DNA of 33,286 nt from Polyangia bacterium (GTDB taxonomy: Bacteria > Myxococcota_A > Polyangia > Fen-1088), in assembly GCA_035546895.1 (NCBI GenBank), contig DASZVW010000179.1, positions 1 through 33,286 on the forward strand, read 5' to 3'. The translations under genes were made by a program, and so were the position numbers. The notes under the pieces are model-generated. The model made no database searches, was not told the origin of the DNA, and saw only the letters and a list, made by a program, of their open reading frames with translations. The number at the start of each line of letters is the position of its first letter. Within the stretch, counting starts at the first letter, position 1. Below are positions 1-8,826 of the stretch, piece by piece.

Positions 1-560
1 CGCTGGAGAGCGGTCAGGCGGTGGTGGCCCGCGCCAATGCCCATGTCACCTATCCGGCGCGGGTGCAGCTGGTGGCGGCGATGAATCCCTGCCGCTGCGG
101 CCATCTCGGCGATGCCGCGCTCGCCTGCGCGCGAGTCCCGCGCTGCGCCGCCGATTACCAGGCGCGGGTGTCCGGGCCGCTGCTCGACCGGATCGACCTC
201 CACGTCGAGGTCCCCGCGCTCCCCTACCAGCAGCTCGCCGAGGCGGCGCCGGGCGAGCCGACGGCGGCGGTGCGCGCGCGGGTCGGCGCGGCGCGGGAGC
301 GGCAGCGCGCCCGGGGGGCCGCCTGGAACGCCCGCCTCGCCGCGGCGGCGCTGGCGCGGGTGGCGCCGATCGACGCCGCCGGGCACGCGCTGCTCGAACG
401 GGCGGCCGCCCGCCTCGGCCTCTCGGCGCGGGCCATCACCCGGATCCGGCGCGTGGCCCGCACCGTTGCCGACCTCGAGGGGAGCGACGCCGTCCGGGCC
501 GTCCACCTCGCCGAAACCCTCCAGTACCGCATCCTCGACCAACCCACACCCGTGACCTGA
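1..560 (+). CDS. comM: Mg-chelatase-like ATPase ComM/YifB, C-terminal part (5' end lies outside the window)
   Basis: The frame is open from the window edge to TGA at 558-560. The translation ([30 protein letters not shown] ... [19 protein letters not shown] ... HLAETLQYR) matches the conserved C-terminal region of YifB/ComM proteins. Confidence 0.85.
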   Translation, partial: LESGQAVVARANAHVTYPARVQLVAAMNPCRCGHLGDAALACARVPRCAADYQARVSGPLLDRIDLHVEVPALPYQQLAEAAPGEPTAAVRARVGAARERQRARGAAWNARLAAAALARVAPIDAAGHALLERAAARLGLSARAITRIRRVARTVADLEGSDAVRAVHLAETLQYRILDQPTPVT

Positions 561-577
561 CCGAAAAGGAGAGAGCC

Positions 578-1165
578 ATGTCCAGCATCAAAGAGAAGAT
601 GAAAGCAGTGGCCGGCGCGATCGCCGCCATCGAGAAGCAGTTCGGCAAGGGGGCCATCATGCCGCTCGACGGCGGCGAGATCACCGAGGTGGACGTAATC
701 CCCACCGGCTCCGTCGGCCTCGACGTGGCGCTGGGCGTGGGCGGCCTGCCGCGCGGCCGGGTGATCGAGATCTACGGCCCGGAGTCGTCCGGGAAGACCA
801 CGCTGACGTTGCAGGCGATCGCCCAGGCCCAGCGCGCCGGCGGCGTCTGCGCCTTCATCGACGCCGAGCACGCGCTCGACGTCGGCTACGCGCGCAAGCT
901 CGGCGTCCGCATCGAGGAGCTCCTGGTCTCGCAGCCCGATCACGGCGAGCAGGCGCTGGAGATCGCCGACAAGCTGGTGGCCACCGGCGCCGTCGACCTG
1001 ATCGTCATCGACTCGGTCGCCGCGCTGGTCCCCAAGGCGGAGATCGAGGGGGAGATGGGCGACGCCCACATGGGGCTGCAGGCCCGGCTCATGAGCCAGG
1101 CGCTCCGCAAGCTGACCGCCGCCACCGCCAAGAACAACACCGCGGTCATCTTCATCAACCAGCTG
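578..1165 (+). pseudogene. recA: recA, 5' portion only (codons 1 to ~196), interrupted by the mobile element
   Basis: ATG at 578 follows the RBS AAGGAGAG. The translation is canonical RecA: [11 protein letters not shown], Walker [20 protein letters not shown], Walker [34 protein letters not shown]. Similarity stops after Q195/L196. The read-through tail (1166-1312) is R/P/A-rich and antisense to the recombinase gene. Confidence 0.9.
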
Positions 1166-2741
1166 TGTACAGCTGAGCAACGCCGTGCTTGGCCCGCGAA
1201 GCCAGCAAAAGTCGGGCTTCGACGCGCGCAGGCCCGATTTTCACGGCGTTTTCGTCCTTGGCCAAGATGGCCCGGACGATATCACGGCGATCCTCGGCTG
1301 TCGCAAATCTGAGCTTTTCGCGGAGGTCTTCGACGGCACTCCGGAGCGCCTTAGAGCCCTGCTCTCGGGAGGGACGCTTCTCCGAGGCAGCCTTCGCGAT
1401 GTCGAGCGCCGCGGCCCCTGCAGCGCGATCCTTGGAGAGCCGAACGAGCTCCTTGTCCAAAACGGATTCGGTGATCAGGCCCCGACCGAAGCGCTCGAGA
1501 AGAATCTCTTCCGCGCGCACGAGCTGCTTGAGCCGGGACTCAAGCCGGGGCACGGCCTTCGGATCAGGACCGGCGTCCACCTCCTTCTCACGCTCGGCGA
1601 CCGCGCGTTCGAGATGATCCTCTCTGATGACTGCGGTGAGGACTGCCTCCCAGAGCTTCGCGTCTACAGCATCCGAGCGAAACATCGGCAAGTCGCAAGC
1701 ATGCTCGGAGGGCTTCGGCCGCCGGCGTCGCGAGCAGACATAGTAAAAGTTGCGGCGGGTACCGGCACCGGTCTGCCAAGAGCCAGTCGACGCGCATCCG
1801 ATAGGCGCGCCGCAGGCCCCGCAAGTGGAGATGCCCTGCAGCAGGTACTGATGGGGGTTGCGGAGCTGACCCCTGCGCCCAGCACGAAGGAGCGCTGAGT
1901 CTGCGCGGGCGTAGAGACGGTCATCAATGATTCGGGGTACGGGTACCACCAGCGCTCGAGCTTTGTTTGCGACCCAGCGACCGAGATAGGTACGGGCCCG
2001 GACGATCTGGTGGACCCGTTCACGGATCCAGACGCCGGGCGCCCGCCGACCAGACTTGCTCGGTCGCGCGCGGGGGACGGCGCGCGCCTGGAGATCGCGC
2101 GCGATGCTCTCGCAAGTCTCGCCATCTGCTACTCGGGTGAAGATTTCAACGACGATGGGACCCAGCTCGGGGTCGACGCTCCAGGTGGAGGTTTCTCGGT
2201 TGTAGAGGTAGCCGAACGGCGTTGGGCCGGCCGGCTTCTTGCCCTTCCGGATGGCTTCGTCCTTCCCGCGAAGGATCCGTTCGCGGTGCTTTCGGTTGGC
2301 CTCCGCTGCGAAGAAGGTTCCGAGGCTCGACATCAGGTCGCCGACCGACGACCGCAGGTCCAAGATTTGCCCCGTCGACGACACAGCCAACTGGACACCG
2401 GCGCGCTGGAACGCACCCAGAACCTCGCCACGCTCCTGGAGGTCTTCCGATCGCGTGAGGCGGTCGAGATCGACAACGGTTACGACGTCGAAGGCGCCTT
2501 GAGATGCATCGTGGATAAGGCGAGTAAAGGCCGTGCGCTTGGCGAGAAAGCCTTCCTTAGCGGTGCGACCATCATCGACGTAGGTCTCGGCTGGCTTGAC
2601 GAGCTTCCAGCCGCGCGCGCTGACGAAGGTGGGTAGCGTCGCGAGCTGCGACGCGATCGTATGCCGGTCCCGCTGTGCTACCGATGAAACGCGCGCGTAG
2701 ATGACGGCGCGGAGGCCAGGCCCGGGAGCGTCAACCGCCAT
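1155..2741 (-). CDS. Large serine recombinase (integrase)
   Basis: ATG at 2741 gives [32 protein letters not shown], the resolvase catalytic-Ser motif. This is followed by a recombinase domain, a zinc-ribbon region ([10 protein letters not shown] ... YYVCSRRRR ... HAC) and a coiled-coil C-terminus. The stop TGA is at 1155-1157. In-frame upstream alternatives are ATG 2795 and GTG 2963. Confidence 0.9.
   Translation of the reverse strand: MAVDAPGPGLRAVIYARVSSVAQRDRHTIASQLATLPTFVSARGWKLVKPAETYVDDGRTAKEGFLAKRTAFTRLIHDASQGAFDVVTVVDLDRLTRSEDLQERGEVLGAFQRAGVQLAVSSTGQILDLRSSVGDLMSSLGTFFAAEANRKHRERILRGKDEAIRKGKKPAGPTPFGYLYNRETSTWSVDPELGPIVVEIFTRVADGETCESIARDLQARAVPRARPSKSGRRAPGVWIRERVHQIVRARTYLGRWVANKARALVVPVPRIIDDRLYARADSALLRAGRRGQLRNPHQYLLQGISTCGACGAPIGCASTGSWQTGAGTRRNFYYVCSRRRRPKPSEHACDLPMFRSDAVDAKLWEAVLTAVIREDHLERAVAEREKEVDAGPDPKAVPRLESRLKQLVRAEEILLERFGRGLITESVLDKELVRLSKDRAAGAAALDIAKAASEKRPSREQGSKALRSAVEDLREKLRFATAEDRRDIVRAILAKDENAVKIGPARVEARLLLASRAKHGVAQLYTAG
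1160..1175. other. Candidate attL crossover core: CAGCTGT-GT-ACAGCTG
   Basis: A perfect 7-bp inverted repeat (1160-1166 and 1169-1175) flanks a non-palindromic GT (1167-1168). It sits exactly where RecA similarity ends and inside the last codons of the serine recombinase gene. A 2-bp central dinucleotide between inverted half-sites is the known architecture of serine recombinase sites. Confidence 0.5.
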
Positions 2742-3110
2742 GGCGGCTGGCGATCCGCTTGAGAATGCGCGTGAGCTCTGCAACCGCGTACTCATCGTCC
2801 GTCCTAGCGAAAGAGAGCTGGAGTCTAAGGGCAGATGCTCGCGATGCGCTACCCGTTCCTGGCACAGCCAGCGAGGAAATGACGGCGGAAGTACCCGAGA
2901 GATTCGCGGGGCCGGAGGCGGACACCATGTGTCTGACCACCCTCGGTGGGAGCCGGCGATCACGCCGTCGAGCAGCCGAGGCAGGGAGCCGTGAAGCGGG
3001 CCGCCTCACGGCCCGTCACCTATTGTCGCCGCGAGCGCCCGAGCGGGGGCCCGACGCCGGGGATAGTTCGACGTGGAAAACCGCCAGGTGGTAACCGCTC
3101 CAAACACAGT

Positions 3111-3154
3111 GGAGTTATCGAGATCGGGCCCGAAAAAGGGACCTGAATTCGAAC
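3111..3154 (+). repeat. Conserved 44-nt intergenic motif, copy A
   Basis: GGAGTTATCGAGATCGGGCCCGAAAAAGGGACCTGAATTCGAAC. It matches copy B at 34/44 positions without gaps, and its first 13 nt are identical to copy D. It lies upstream of the recombinase gene on the minus strand and 77 nt upstream of the plus-strand ORF at 3231. Confidence 0.7.
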
Positions 3155-3230
3155 GGGAATCTGGCGCCCGTGAGCTGCGGCGGTCCTTGCCGCGGCGCGG
3201 CAGACCAGGCCGGGTGGTACGGTAACTCAG

Positions 3231-3506
3231 ATGGGGGAGAATCGATGTCGGCGATGCAATACCGTCGTGGACTCGCCAGGGTGGCTCTGTTGGCTGTGCG
3301 ATGGGCCGCTGTGCCACGACTGCGGAGAGCGCCACGGCCACTGTGACCACCAAGGTCCGCCACTCGATGATTTGGACCGTCTGTGGGCGACGGCCGACGA
3401 GGTGAAGCGGGCGGAGCTCCTAGCCGCAACGCGAGAGCTCGCCGCGAAGTACGAGGGCCGAACCCCGATGATCCTGCGCCGTCCAATATCAGGTGAGCCC
3501 AACTAG
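3231..3506 (+). CDS. Small Cys/His-rich (zinc-finger-like) hypothetical protein
   Basis: ATG at 3231. The N-terminus CRRCNTVVDSPGWLCWLCDGPLCHDCGERHGHCDH has paired CxxC motifs. The stop lies 2 nt before the next ATG (3509). Confidence 0.5.
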   Translation: MGENRCRRCNTVVDSPGWLCWLCDGPLCHDCGERHGHCDHQGPPLDDLDRLWATADEVKRAELLAATRELAAKYEGRTPMILRRPISGEPN

Positions 3507-3508
3507 GA

Positions 3509-3739
3509 ATGCGCCACGGCGAGGAACCTCCACGGTTCAAGACCGCCCTTCGCCTCACAGCGTTTGGAGCGCAGGGCGCCTTTACCTTCGCCATGGCTCT
3601 GACGGTGGCAGACGTTGCGAGCCAGCTCGCGCCACCTCACCGACACGGGCTCTGGTTCGCGCTGGCAGGAGGAACTGCGGCCCTGGGGTTCTGGCGGATG
3701 TGGGGATGGATCTGGAAGCGGGTTGGCATCCCTTGGTAG
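3509..3739 (+). CDS. Small hypothetical membrane protein (two predicted TM segments)
   Basis: ATG at 3509 is tightly coupled to the upstream ORF. There are two hydrophobic stretches (AFGAQGAFTFAMALTVADV and LWFALAGGTAALGFW). No family was recognised. Confidence 0.4.
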   Translation: MRHGEEPPRFKTALRLTAFGAQGAFTFAMALTVADVASQLAPPHRHGLWFALAGGTAALGFWRMWGWIWKRVGIPW

Positions 3740-3784
3740 CGGCCATCCCCTCGAGCACGGCGAACTCCAGGCCGAAGGTTCTGT

Positions 3785-4129
3785 CTAGTGGCGCCGTGTA
3801 ACTAGAGCCTGCACCACGCCGACGAGGGCAACGAGTACCGCAGTCGCGACCTTCCCCCAGTCAATTCGGCTCCAGAGCGACGCCGGGCGCTTTCGGCGTC
3901 GGTGGGTACCCGGCGGTACCACGAGCGGAACGACCGCGTGGCCTCTCAATCGCTCGAGGATTCGCATCTGCATCCTCGAAATTTGCCGGAGACCCACGCC
4001 CCAAAGAAGAGGCGGATCCAGGATGACTTTGGGGGGGGCTATTCTCGAAGCGAGAAGAGCGGGGTCTATTCTCGCGACAGCCTCAGCTATGGCGCCGTTG
4101 CTGCACTTGCCGACGGAACGCGTAGCCAT
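3785..4129 (-). CDS. Possible small tail-anchored membrane protein (start uncertain; ATG 3973 or 3967 more likely)
   Basis: The ORF ends in a basic stretch plus a hydrophobic helix (RRRKRPASLWSRIDWGKVATAVLVALVGVVQALV). The N-terminal part overlaps the 3' end of the 4087-4965 ORF, and a G8 tract sits at 4031-4038. Confidence 0.25.
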   Translation of the reverse strand: MATRSVGKCSNGAIAEAVARIDPALLASRIAPPKVILDPPLLWGVGLRQISRMQMRILERLRGHAVVPLVVPPGTHRRRKRPASLWSRIDWGKVATAVLVALVGVVQALVTRRH

Positions 4130-4965
4130 ATGAACCGATCCCGAGCGCCTTCTCTGCGGAGCGAGGCGGGTATTTCGGAGAATTCTCGAGCTGTGATGAA
4201 TTGGTTCTGCTCCGATGACTCTCTCCCCCTCCGGTGCACGTCCTCAAGCTGCAGCTCGGTGTAGGGTGGGCCATCGCCAATCCAAAACATGTCGATCACC
4301 TTCGACGCACACTTCATCGCCTCCAGTTTCTTGAGGCCGTGCCTTCGCAGTAGCTCGGTCGCGAAGTAGAGAAAGGCGCCACGTCCGGGCCGCTGCCGAC
4401 TCGCGTATTTCGGATAGTAGGCCCGCGGTAAAAGCATTCGCTGCGGCTTCTGCTGCCCGGGGCCCCACACGGTCCCGCAACTCGTGCACTGACGTGAACC
4501 GCTCTCGAACGGCGGCACTGAAAATCCCTTCGCCGTCGCGGCCTCCATGATCACCTTGTTCTGTCTATCAGCCTCCGGCGCCGGCTCCAGTAGCTCGTGA
4601 TCGCACGTCCTATCGACTGCGTCCCGGAGCCGGTGCAGTCGGGTTGTGAACTGCAACAGCTCGTCCCTAAGCTCGCTCCACGGCCAGAAGGTATGCTCCG
4701 TCGGTTCATTCGCGCCCAGAAACTCGCTGATTTCCTGCAAGTCGAAGATGGCTTTTCGCAGATATTCGTTCAGCGCTTCGGGCACGGGGGTCCAGAGCGT
4801 GGCACTGTCGGCGAGCTCCTCATATGCGCCCTCGTCGAGCCCCGGCAAAGCGTCACGAATCCTGCTCTCGACCTCACATACCTCGATGGCCTCGAACTCC
4901 GGGCGTTTCGGTCGGAAGTATATGGCGGTGGCACCGTCAGCTCTCGTGAACGTACGGTCGTCCAT
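4087..4965 (-). CDS. Hypothetical protein (orphan cargo gene)
   Basis: 292-codon ORF with a balanced, protein-like composition (many D/E/K/F/Y/W), unlike the R/P/A-rich shadow ORFs nearby. It lies in a visibly lower-GC stretch. No family was recognised. Confidence 0.6.
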   Translation of the reverse strand: MDDRTFTRADGATAIYFRPKRPEFEAIEVCEVESRIRDALPGLDEGAYEELADSATLWTPVPEALNEYLRKAIFDLQEISEFLGANEPTEHTFWPWSELRDELLQFTTRLHRLRDAVDRTCDHELLEPAPEADRQNKVIMEAATAKGFSVPPFESGSRQCTSCGTVWGPGQQKPQRMLLPRAYYPKYASRQRPGRGAFLYFATELLRRHGLKKLEAMKCASKVIDMFWIGDGPPYTELQLEDVHRRGRESSEQNQFITAREFSEIPASLRREGARDRFIWLRVPSASAATAP

Positions 4966-5179
4966 GTAGCGCGATCGTACACCGGTCGAGGAACTCCATG
5001 GTGCCCCGGTCGACCCTGGCGAAGGGACATCAAGCTCCCGTTGGCAGTTGACCGGCCTGGGCGACCACCCGATGTTACCCCGCGACTAGACCTCTCGCCG
5101 CGGCCCACGTCGGGCGTAGCAGCGATCGATACCTCCATCCGCGTGCAATCGACTACGATAGGACATCGCGGAGAGCACG

Positions 5180-7711
5180 ATGTCGGGGCGTGACGACTTC
5201 ACAAAACCTGTGGCGCGGAAATTGGCAACCCGCGCCGGCAACCGCTGCTCGAATCCAGATTGCCGTCGAGACACGAGTGGGCCCGCGTCGACAGTAGACG
5301 GGACCATGAATGTAGGCGTAGCTGCGCACATAACCGCCGCGGCCGAGGGTGGTCCGCGCTTCGATCCTGAGCTGAGCCCCACTGACCGCTCGTCTATCTC
5401 GAACGGCATTTGGCTCTGTCGGTGGTGCGGCACGCTGATCGACAGCGACGAGTCGCGATTCACCAAAGCAGTACTGTTGGCGTGGAGAACTTCAGCGGAG
5501 GCGCTCGCGCGCTCCCGCCTCGATACTCCCGCCCGCCCGGAAGGTCCTGACGAGCCACTTCTGCGCTTGCCCGATTCTGATCCCTCGGTGTCCTGGCTCA
5601 CCTTTTCTTCCCGCGCGACCACGTTCGTGGGGCGAGACGACGAGCGGGCTCGGTTGGCGACCTTCTTGAGAGAAGATCGGAAGGTCTCGTGGTGGCTCAT
5701 GACCGGACCTGCCGGTGCGGGCAAAAGTCGGCTCGCGCTGGAGGTCTGCCGTCAAACACAGCCGGAGTGGGCTGCTGGTTTCCTAAGCCGGACCGACGCG
5801 TTTCGGCGTTGGTCCCATTTTCGTCCCGCCCGACCCACGTTGATCGTAGTGGACTACGTCGCAAGCCGAGTCGCCGAGGCAAGTGGTGTGGTTCAAGAAC
5901 TGGTACGCGCAGCTCCGCACCTTCCCCACCCTGTGCGTGTTCTGCTTCTTGAGCGCGAGCAGGGATCATGGTGGCCGAGATTCCTTCGAGAGGATAGCCA
6001 GAGCGAGTGCGCGGAGCTCCTTGAAGCAGAACACGACGAACCGCTGCGTCTCGGGCCCCTCGCGTCGACGGCACTCCGATCGATAGCGGAGGATGTGGCG
6101 CGATTGGAAAGTAGGTCCTGGTCAGAGACATCCGGACAAGCATTCGATTCGCGGATGCGAATCGTGGACCCGCTCGGGCGCCCGCTGTTTGGAATGATCG
6201 CGGCTGCGTACCCCGGGAACGACATGGTCCACGGCATCGCCGATTCGGACGTTCTGAGACTTGTCTTGAAAAAGGAAGCGGCCCGACGAGTACAGATATT
6301 GCCGGACCAGGAACAGCGACAGAGGATCGAACAGCTGATGACCCTCGCCACAATGGTCGGCGGCCTTCTCCCTAGATCTGACGGCTTTGCGTTTCTTTCG
6401 GCGACAGACGTTGGACCGCTGCTTCCCGTGCCGGACCTCATCGAGCCGCGTGTGTACCGCGACGCGGTTGCCGCGACAAATGCGGACCCAGCTCTTGCCG
6501 GGTTGCAACCGGATATCTTGGGAGAGCGCTTCGTCCTCGATCGCTTAACCGCTGGAGACGGCTCTCACTTCGCCGCGCGGAAGCTCTTGGTCGTAGGCTG
6601 GAAGATTCAGCCGGACGACGTTTGTGACTTCGTGGTGCGAACAGCGTCCGATTTCCCGGGCGATCCAGGCCTTGAAGTGCTCTGCGCGTTGCCGACGGAC
6701 TCGCCGCTAGCGCGAAGTCGATGGGGACGCCTGGTGGCTGATCTCATACGCGTGGCCAATCGGAGCACTGACCCGATGACGGGCCGCCTGCTCTCAGCAC
6801 TGCGCGAGCTCGTTCGGAAACATTCAGATGAGGAACACGTTGCGCGAGCGCTCGCGTTGGCCGAGCTGTACCTTGGCAACATATTCCTCTTCGCCGAGGA
6901 GAACTACTCCGAGGCTCAGTCGCGGTTCGAAGCGGCGATCGCTCTCGCTCGTGGCGCTTCTGACATCGTCGCGGCGGCAGTCAATAACCGTGGGATCGTC
7001 TACCACCTCATCGAGAACGAGGATAAGGCGTTTGCCGACTGGAGTGACGTGATTTCGGCTTCGATGATTTCCGATGAAGCGCGCGCGTGTGCGCTGAACA
7101 ACCGCGCAGACGTGTTTGGACGCCGTGGCCTTCATGAGCAATCGATCGCCGATCGTGCCGCGGTGCTTGCTCTGCGTGAGACATCTGCCGATCGCCGCTA
7201 TATCGCCCTGATTAGGCGTAGCAGGTCATACGTTCAGCTCGGTCGAAGCGGCGATGCTCTTGACGACCTGGGAATGATCCTCCGCACCGACGATATTTCG
7301 CCCCAGCAGAAAGCCGAAGCTCATGTTCTTCGGGGGGCGCTGCTAAGGGACCTTGGACACCTTGACGATGCCAGACAGGATTTGGACTCTGTGCTCGCCG
7401 AGGAGGATTTGTTCTATGGAACGTATCCTGAAGCGCTCGTTGAACTCGGCGAACTTGCGCGGCTCACCGGTGATGTTGAACGGGCGCGCGAGTACCTTGA
7501 TGCTGCTTCTGCTTCGGTTGACGCGAGAGGCGATACACTCGCTGAAGCGCTGATAGTAAGGGCGCGCCTTCTGACGGACGAGGGCGACGCTGCGGCTGCC
7601 GAAAGCATATGGCAGCGCGTACGTACCGATCCAGCTGCGACGCCTCGACAGGCATTGATCGCGTCGAATCGGGATGTACCGGCGCGGCTCAGCCACCCGA
7701 TAGGTGTCTAG
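5180..7711 (+). CDS. HNH-like nuclease / STAND P-loop NTPase / TPR three-domain protein (Avs-like antiviral STAND candidate)
   Basis: ATG at 5180 follows GGAGAG. The N-terminus has an HNH-type motif (CSNPDC ... VAAHITAAAEGGPRFD ... SNGIWLCRWCGTLIDSD). Walker A is LMTGPAGAGKSRLALEV (nt ~5702-5728) and Walker B-like is TLIVVDYV. The C-terminal ~300 aa show TPR-like repeats (AELYLGNIFL..YSEAQSRFEAAIAL, NNRGIVY, NNRADVF and others). Confidence 0.85.
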   Translation: MSGRDDFTKPVARKLATRAGNRCSNPDCRRDTSGPASTVDGTMNVGVAAHITAAAEGGPRFDPELSPTDRSSISNGIWLCRWCGTLIDSDESRFTKAVLLAWRTSAEALARSRLDTPARPEGPDEPLLRLPDSDPSVSWLTFSSRATTFVGRDDERARLATFLREDRKVSWWLMTGPAGAGKSRLALEVCRQTQPEWAAGFLSRTDAFRRWSHFRPARPTLIVVDYVASRVAEASGVVQELVRAAPHLPHPVRVLLLEREQGSWWPRFLREDSQSECAELLEAEHDEPLRLGPLASTALRSIAEDVARLESRSWSETSGQAFDSRMRIVDPLGRPLFGMIAAAYPGNDMVHGIADSDVLRLVLKKEAARRVQILPDQEQRQRIEQLMTLATMVGGLLPRSDGFAFLSATDVGPLLPVPDLIEPRVYRDAVAATNADPALAGLQPDILGERFVLDRLTAGDGSHFAARKLLVVGWKIQPDDVCDFVVRTASDFPGDPGLEVLCALPTDSPLARSRWGRLVADLIRVANRSTDPMTGRLLSALRELVRKHSDEEHVARALALAELYLGNIFLFAEENYSEAQSRFEAAIALARGASDIVAAAVNNRGIVYHLIENEDKAFADWSDVISASMISDEARACALNNRADVFGRRGLHEQSIADRAAVLALRETSADRRYIALIRRSRSYVQLGRSGDALDDLGMILRTDDISPQQKAEAHVLRGALLRDLGHLDDARQDLDSVLAEEDLFYGTYPEALVELGELARLTGDVERAREYLDAASASVDARGDTLAEALIVRARLLTDEGDAAAAESIWQRVRTDPAATPRQALIASNRDVPARLSHPIGV

Positions 7712-7712
7712 A

Positions 7713-8750
7713 TCACCCCCTCCCTCGACCATCACACTCACTCACTCGCTTCCCCCAGACCTGCCGTCCCGTGACGGGATGGAAGTTGATCCGCGCGCGA
7801 TCTCCCCGAAGAGCGATAGACCTGGCGTCGTAGGCCTCAGCGGCGGCGCGTTCCTTCGGAAAGATCCCGAGCGCTGTGTTCCGCCCGTTGTGCGCAATCT
7901 GTGCGCGCCAGCCGCCTTGCCGTGAGTCCCACGAGACCCCGATGTAGCGGCTCGACTTGGCCAGCTTTCCCTCCTTCCTCGCTTCGCTCACGATGGCAGC
8001 CGCGTCTGCCGGCGCGGCCCGCTCTCGCGGAAAGTTCAGCACCGGCGCATCACCAAGGTAGTAGCGGGCTGCGCGGTCGTACGCTCGAGCGGCATCCTTC
8101 TCGGTCGCCCAGGTGCCGAGGTGCATGCGGCGTCGGCCTGGGACCCCTATCTGTGCCGTCCAGGGTCGCCAAGAGTCTCGTGCGACGAGGAAGACCCCCC
8201 GGTACCTGCTGGTGAGCGTATCGGAGGCGCGTGAGTCCCTCGCGGCCGTCCGTAGGTCTGCGGGTGAGGCGGGCGCTAGCCGCCGGCGCGGAAAGTTCAG
8301 ATGAGTTCGGTCAGCTCGCAGGAAGACCGCCGCCCGATCGTGCGCCTCTGCCGCCTCCTTTTCACTCCTCCAATGTCCGAGGTGGATTCGGTCATCGCCA
8401 GCGTGGATCTGTGCCCGCCACCACGGGGAGGCAGCGTCAACACCTCGAAAACGGCTTGTCGCTGAGAGCTTCGATAGCTGCCTAGCCTCGTTCTGCAGGG
8501 CGCTCGCGTCCGCGGGTACCAAGCGCCTTCGGGGGAAGTTCCGCGGGGCGTCCGGCCCTCGATAATGTAGGGCAGCGCGGTCGTACGCCTGCGCGGCCTC
8601 AAGCTCCGTGCTCCAGGCACCGAGGGATGCACGCCCAGAACCGGCGAGTCTGATCTGAGCGGTCCAGCTCCGGGCTCGATTCTTAAGGCGATGAACGCCT
8701 AGGAACCTGCTCGCTTTCGGAGCTTCTGACCGGGGCGCACCCGGCGTCAC
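7713..8750 (-). CDS. Protein composed of four tandem AP2/ERF-type DNA-binding domains
   Basis: Four repeats start at residues S14, S99, S181 and S267. Each fits S-R-[FY]-x-G-V ... W-x-A-Q-I ... L-G-x-[WF] ... E-x-A-A-x-A-[YH]-D-x-A ... N-F-P, the bacterial AP2 signature. The stop at 7713-7715 lies 1 nt from the stop of the convergent STAND gene. Confidence 0.85.
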   Translation of the reverse strand: MTPGAPRSEAPKASRFLGVHRLKNRARSWTAQIRLAGSGRASLGAWSTELEAAQAYDRAALHYRGPDAPRNFPRRRLVPADASALQNEARQLSKLSATSRFRGVDAASPWWRAQIHAGDDRIHLGHWRSEKEAAEAHDRAAVFLRADRTHLNFPRRRLAPASPADLRTAARDSRASDTLTSRYRGVFLVARDSWRPWTAQIGVPGRRRMHLGTWATEKDAARAYDRAARYYLGDAPVLNFPRERAAPADAAAIVSEARKEGKLAKSSRYIGVSWDSRQGGWRAQIAHNGRNTALGIFPKERAAAEAYDARSIALRGDRARINFHPVTGRQVWGKRVSECDGRGRG

Positions 8751-8826
8751 CGTTCGATGCCTCGATCCATCGACCGCTTCTAATCCCCGCGGCCAGAGAA
8801 GAGATCAGCCTTCACGTTGGAGTTCC

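Noticed and set aside
224-1180. 318-aa minus-strand ORF across comM and recA. Similar shadow ORFs are 12808-13743(+), 12641-13468(-), 14080-14898(+), 15413-16612(+), 16594-17310(+), 17325-18491(+), 20282-21421(-), 22227-23408(+), 24330-24986(+), 24720-25592(-), 5086-5724(-), 5697-6353(-) and 30453-31247(-)
   Set aside because: Each lies opposite to, or out of frame with, a gene that has strong motif support. All have biased G/R/A/P/D composition and no recognisable motifs.
1166-1312. Continuation of the recA ORF past the breakpoint ([16 protein letters not shown]...)
   Set aside because: It has no RecA similarity and is antisense to the recombinase C-terminus. It is read-through into element DNA, not a real C-terminus.
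2731-3009. Small minus-strand ORF (65-92 aa, ending ...[22 protein letters not shown]) that overlaps the recombinase start and could be an excision or directionality factor
   Set aside because: Only the last ~25 residues look protein-like. By my hand count, G/C at the third codon position is only moderate. No motif was recognised. I left it unannotated, but it is worth checking if RNA or proteomic data exist.
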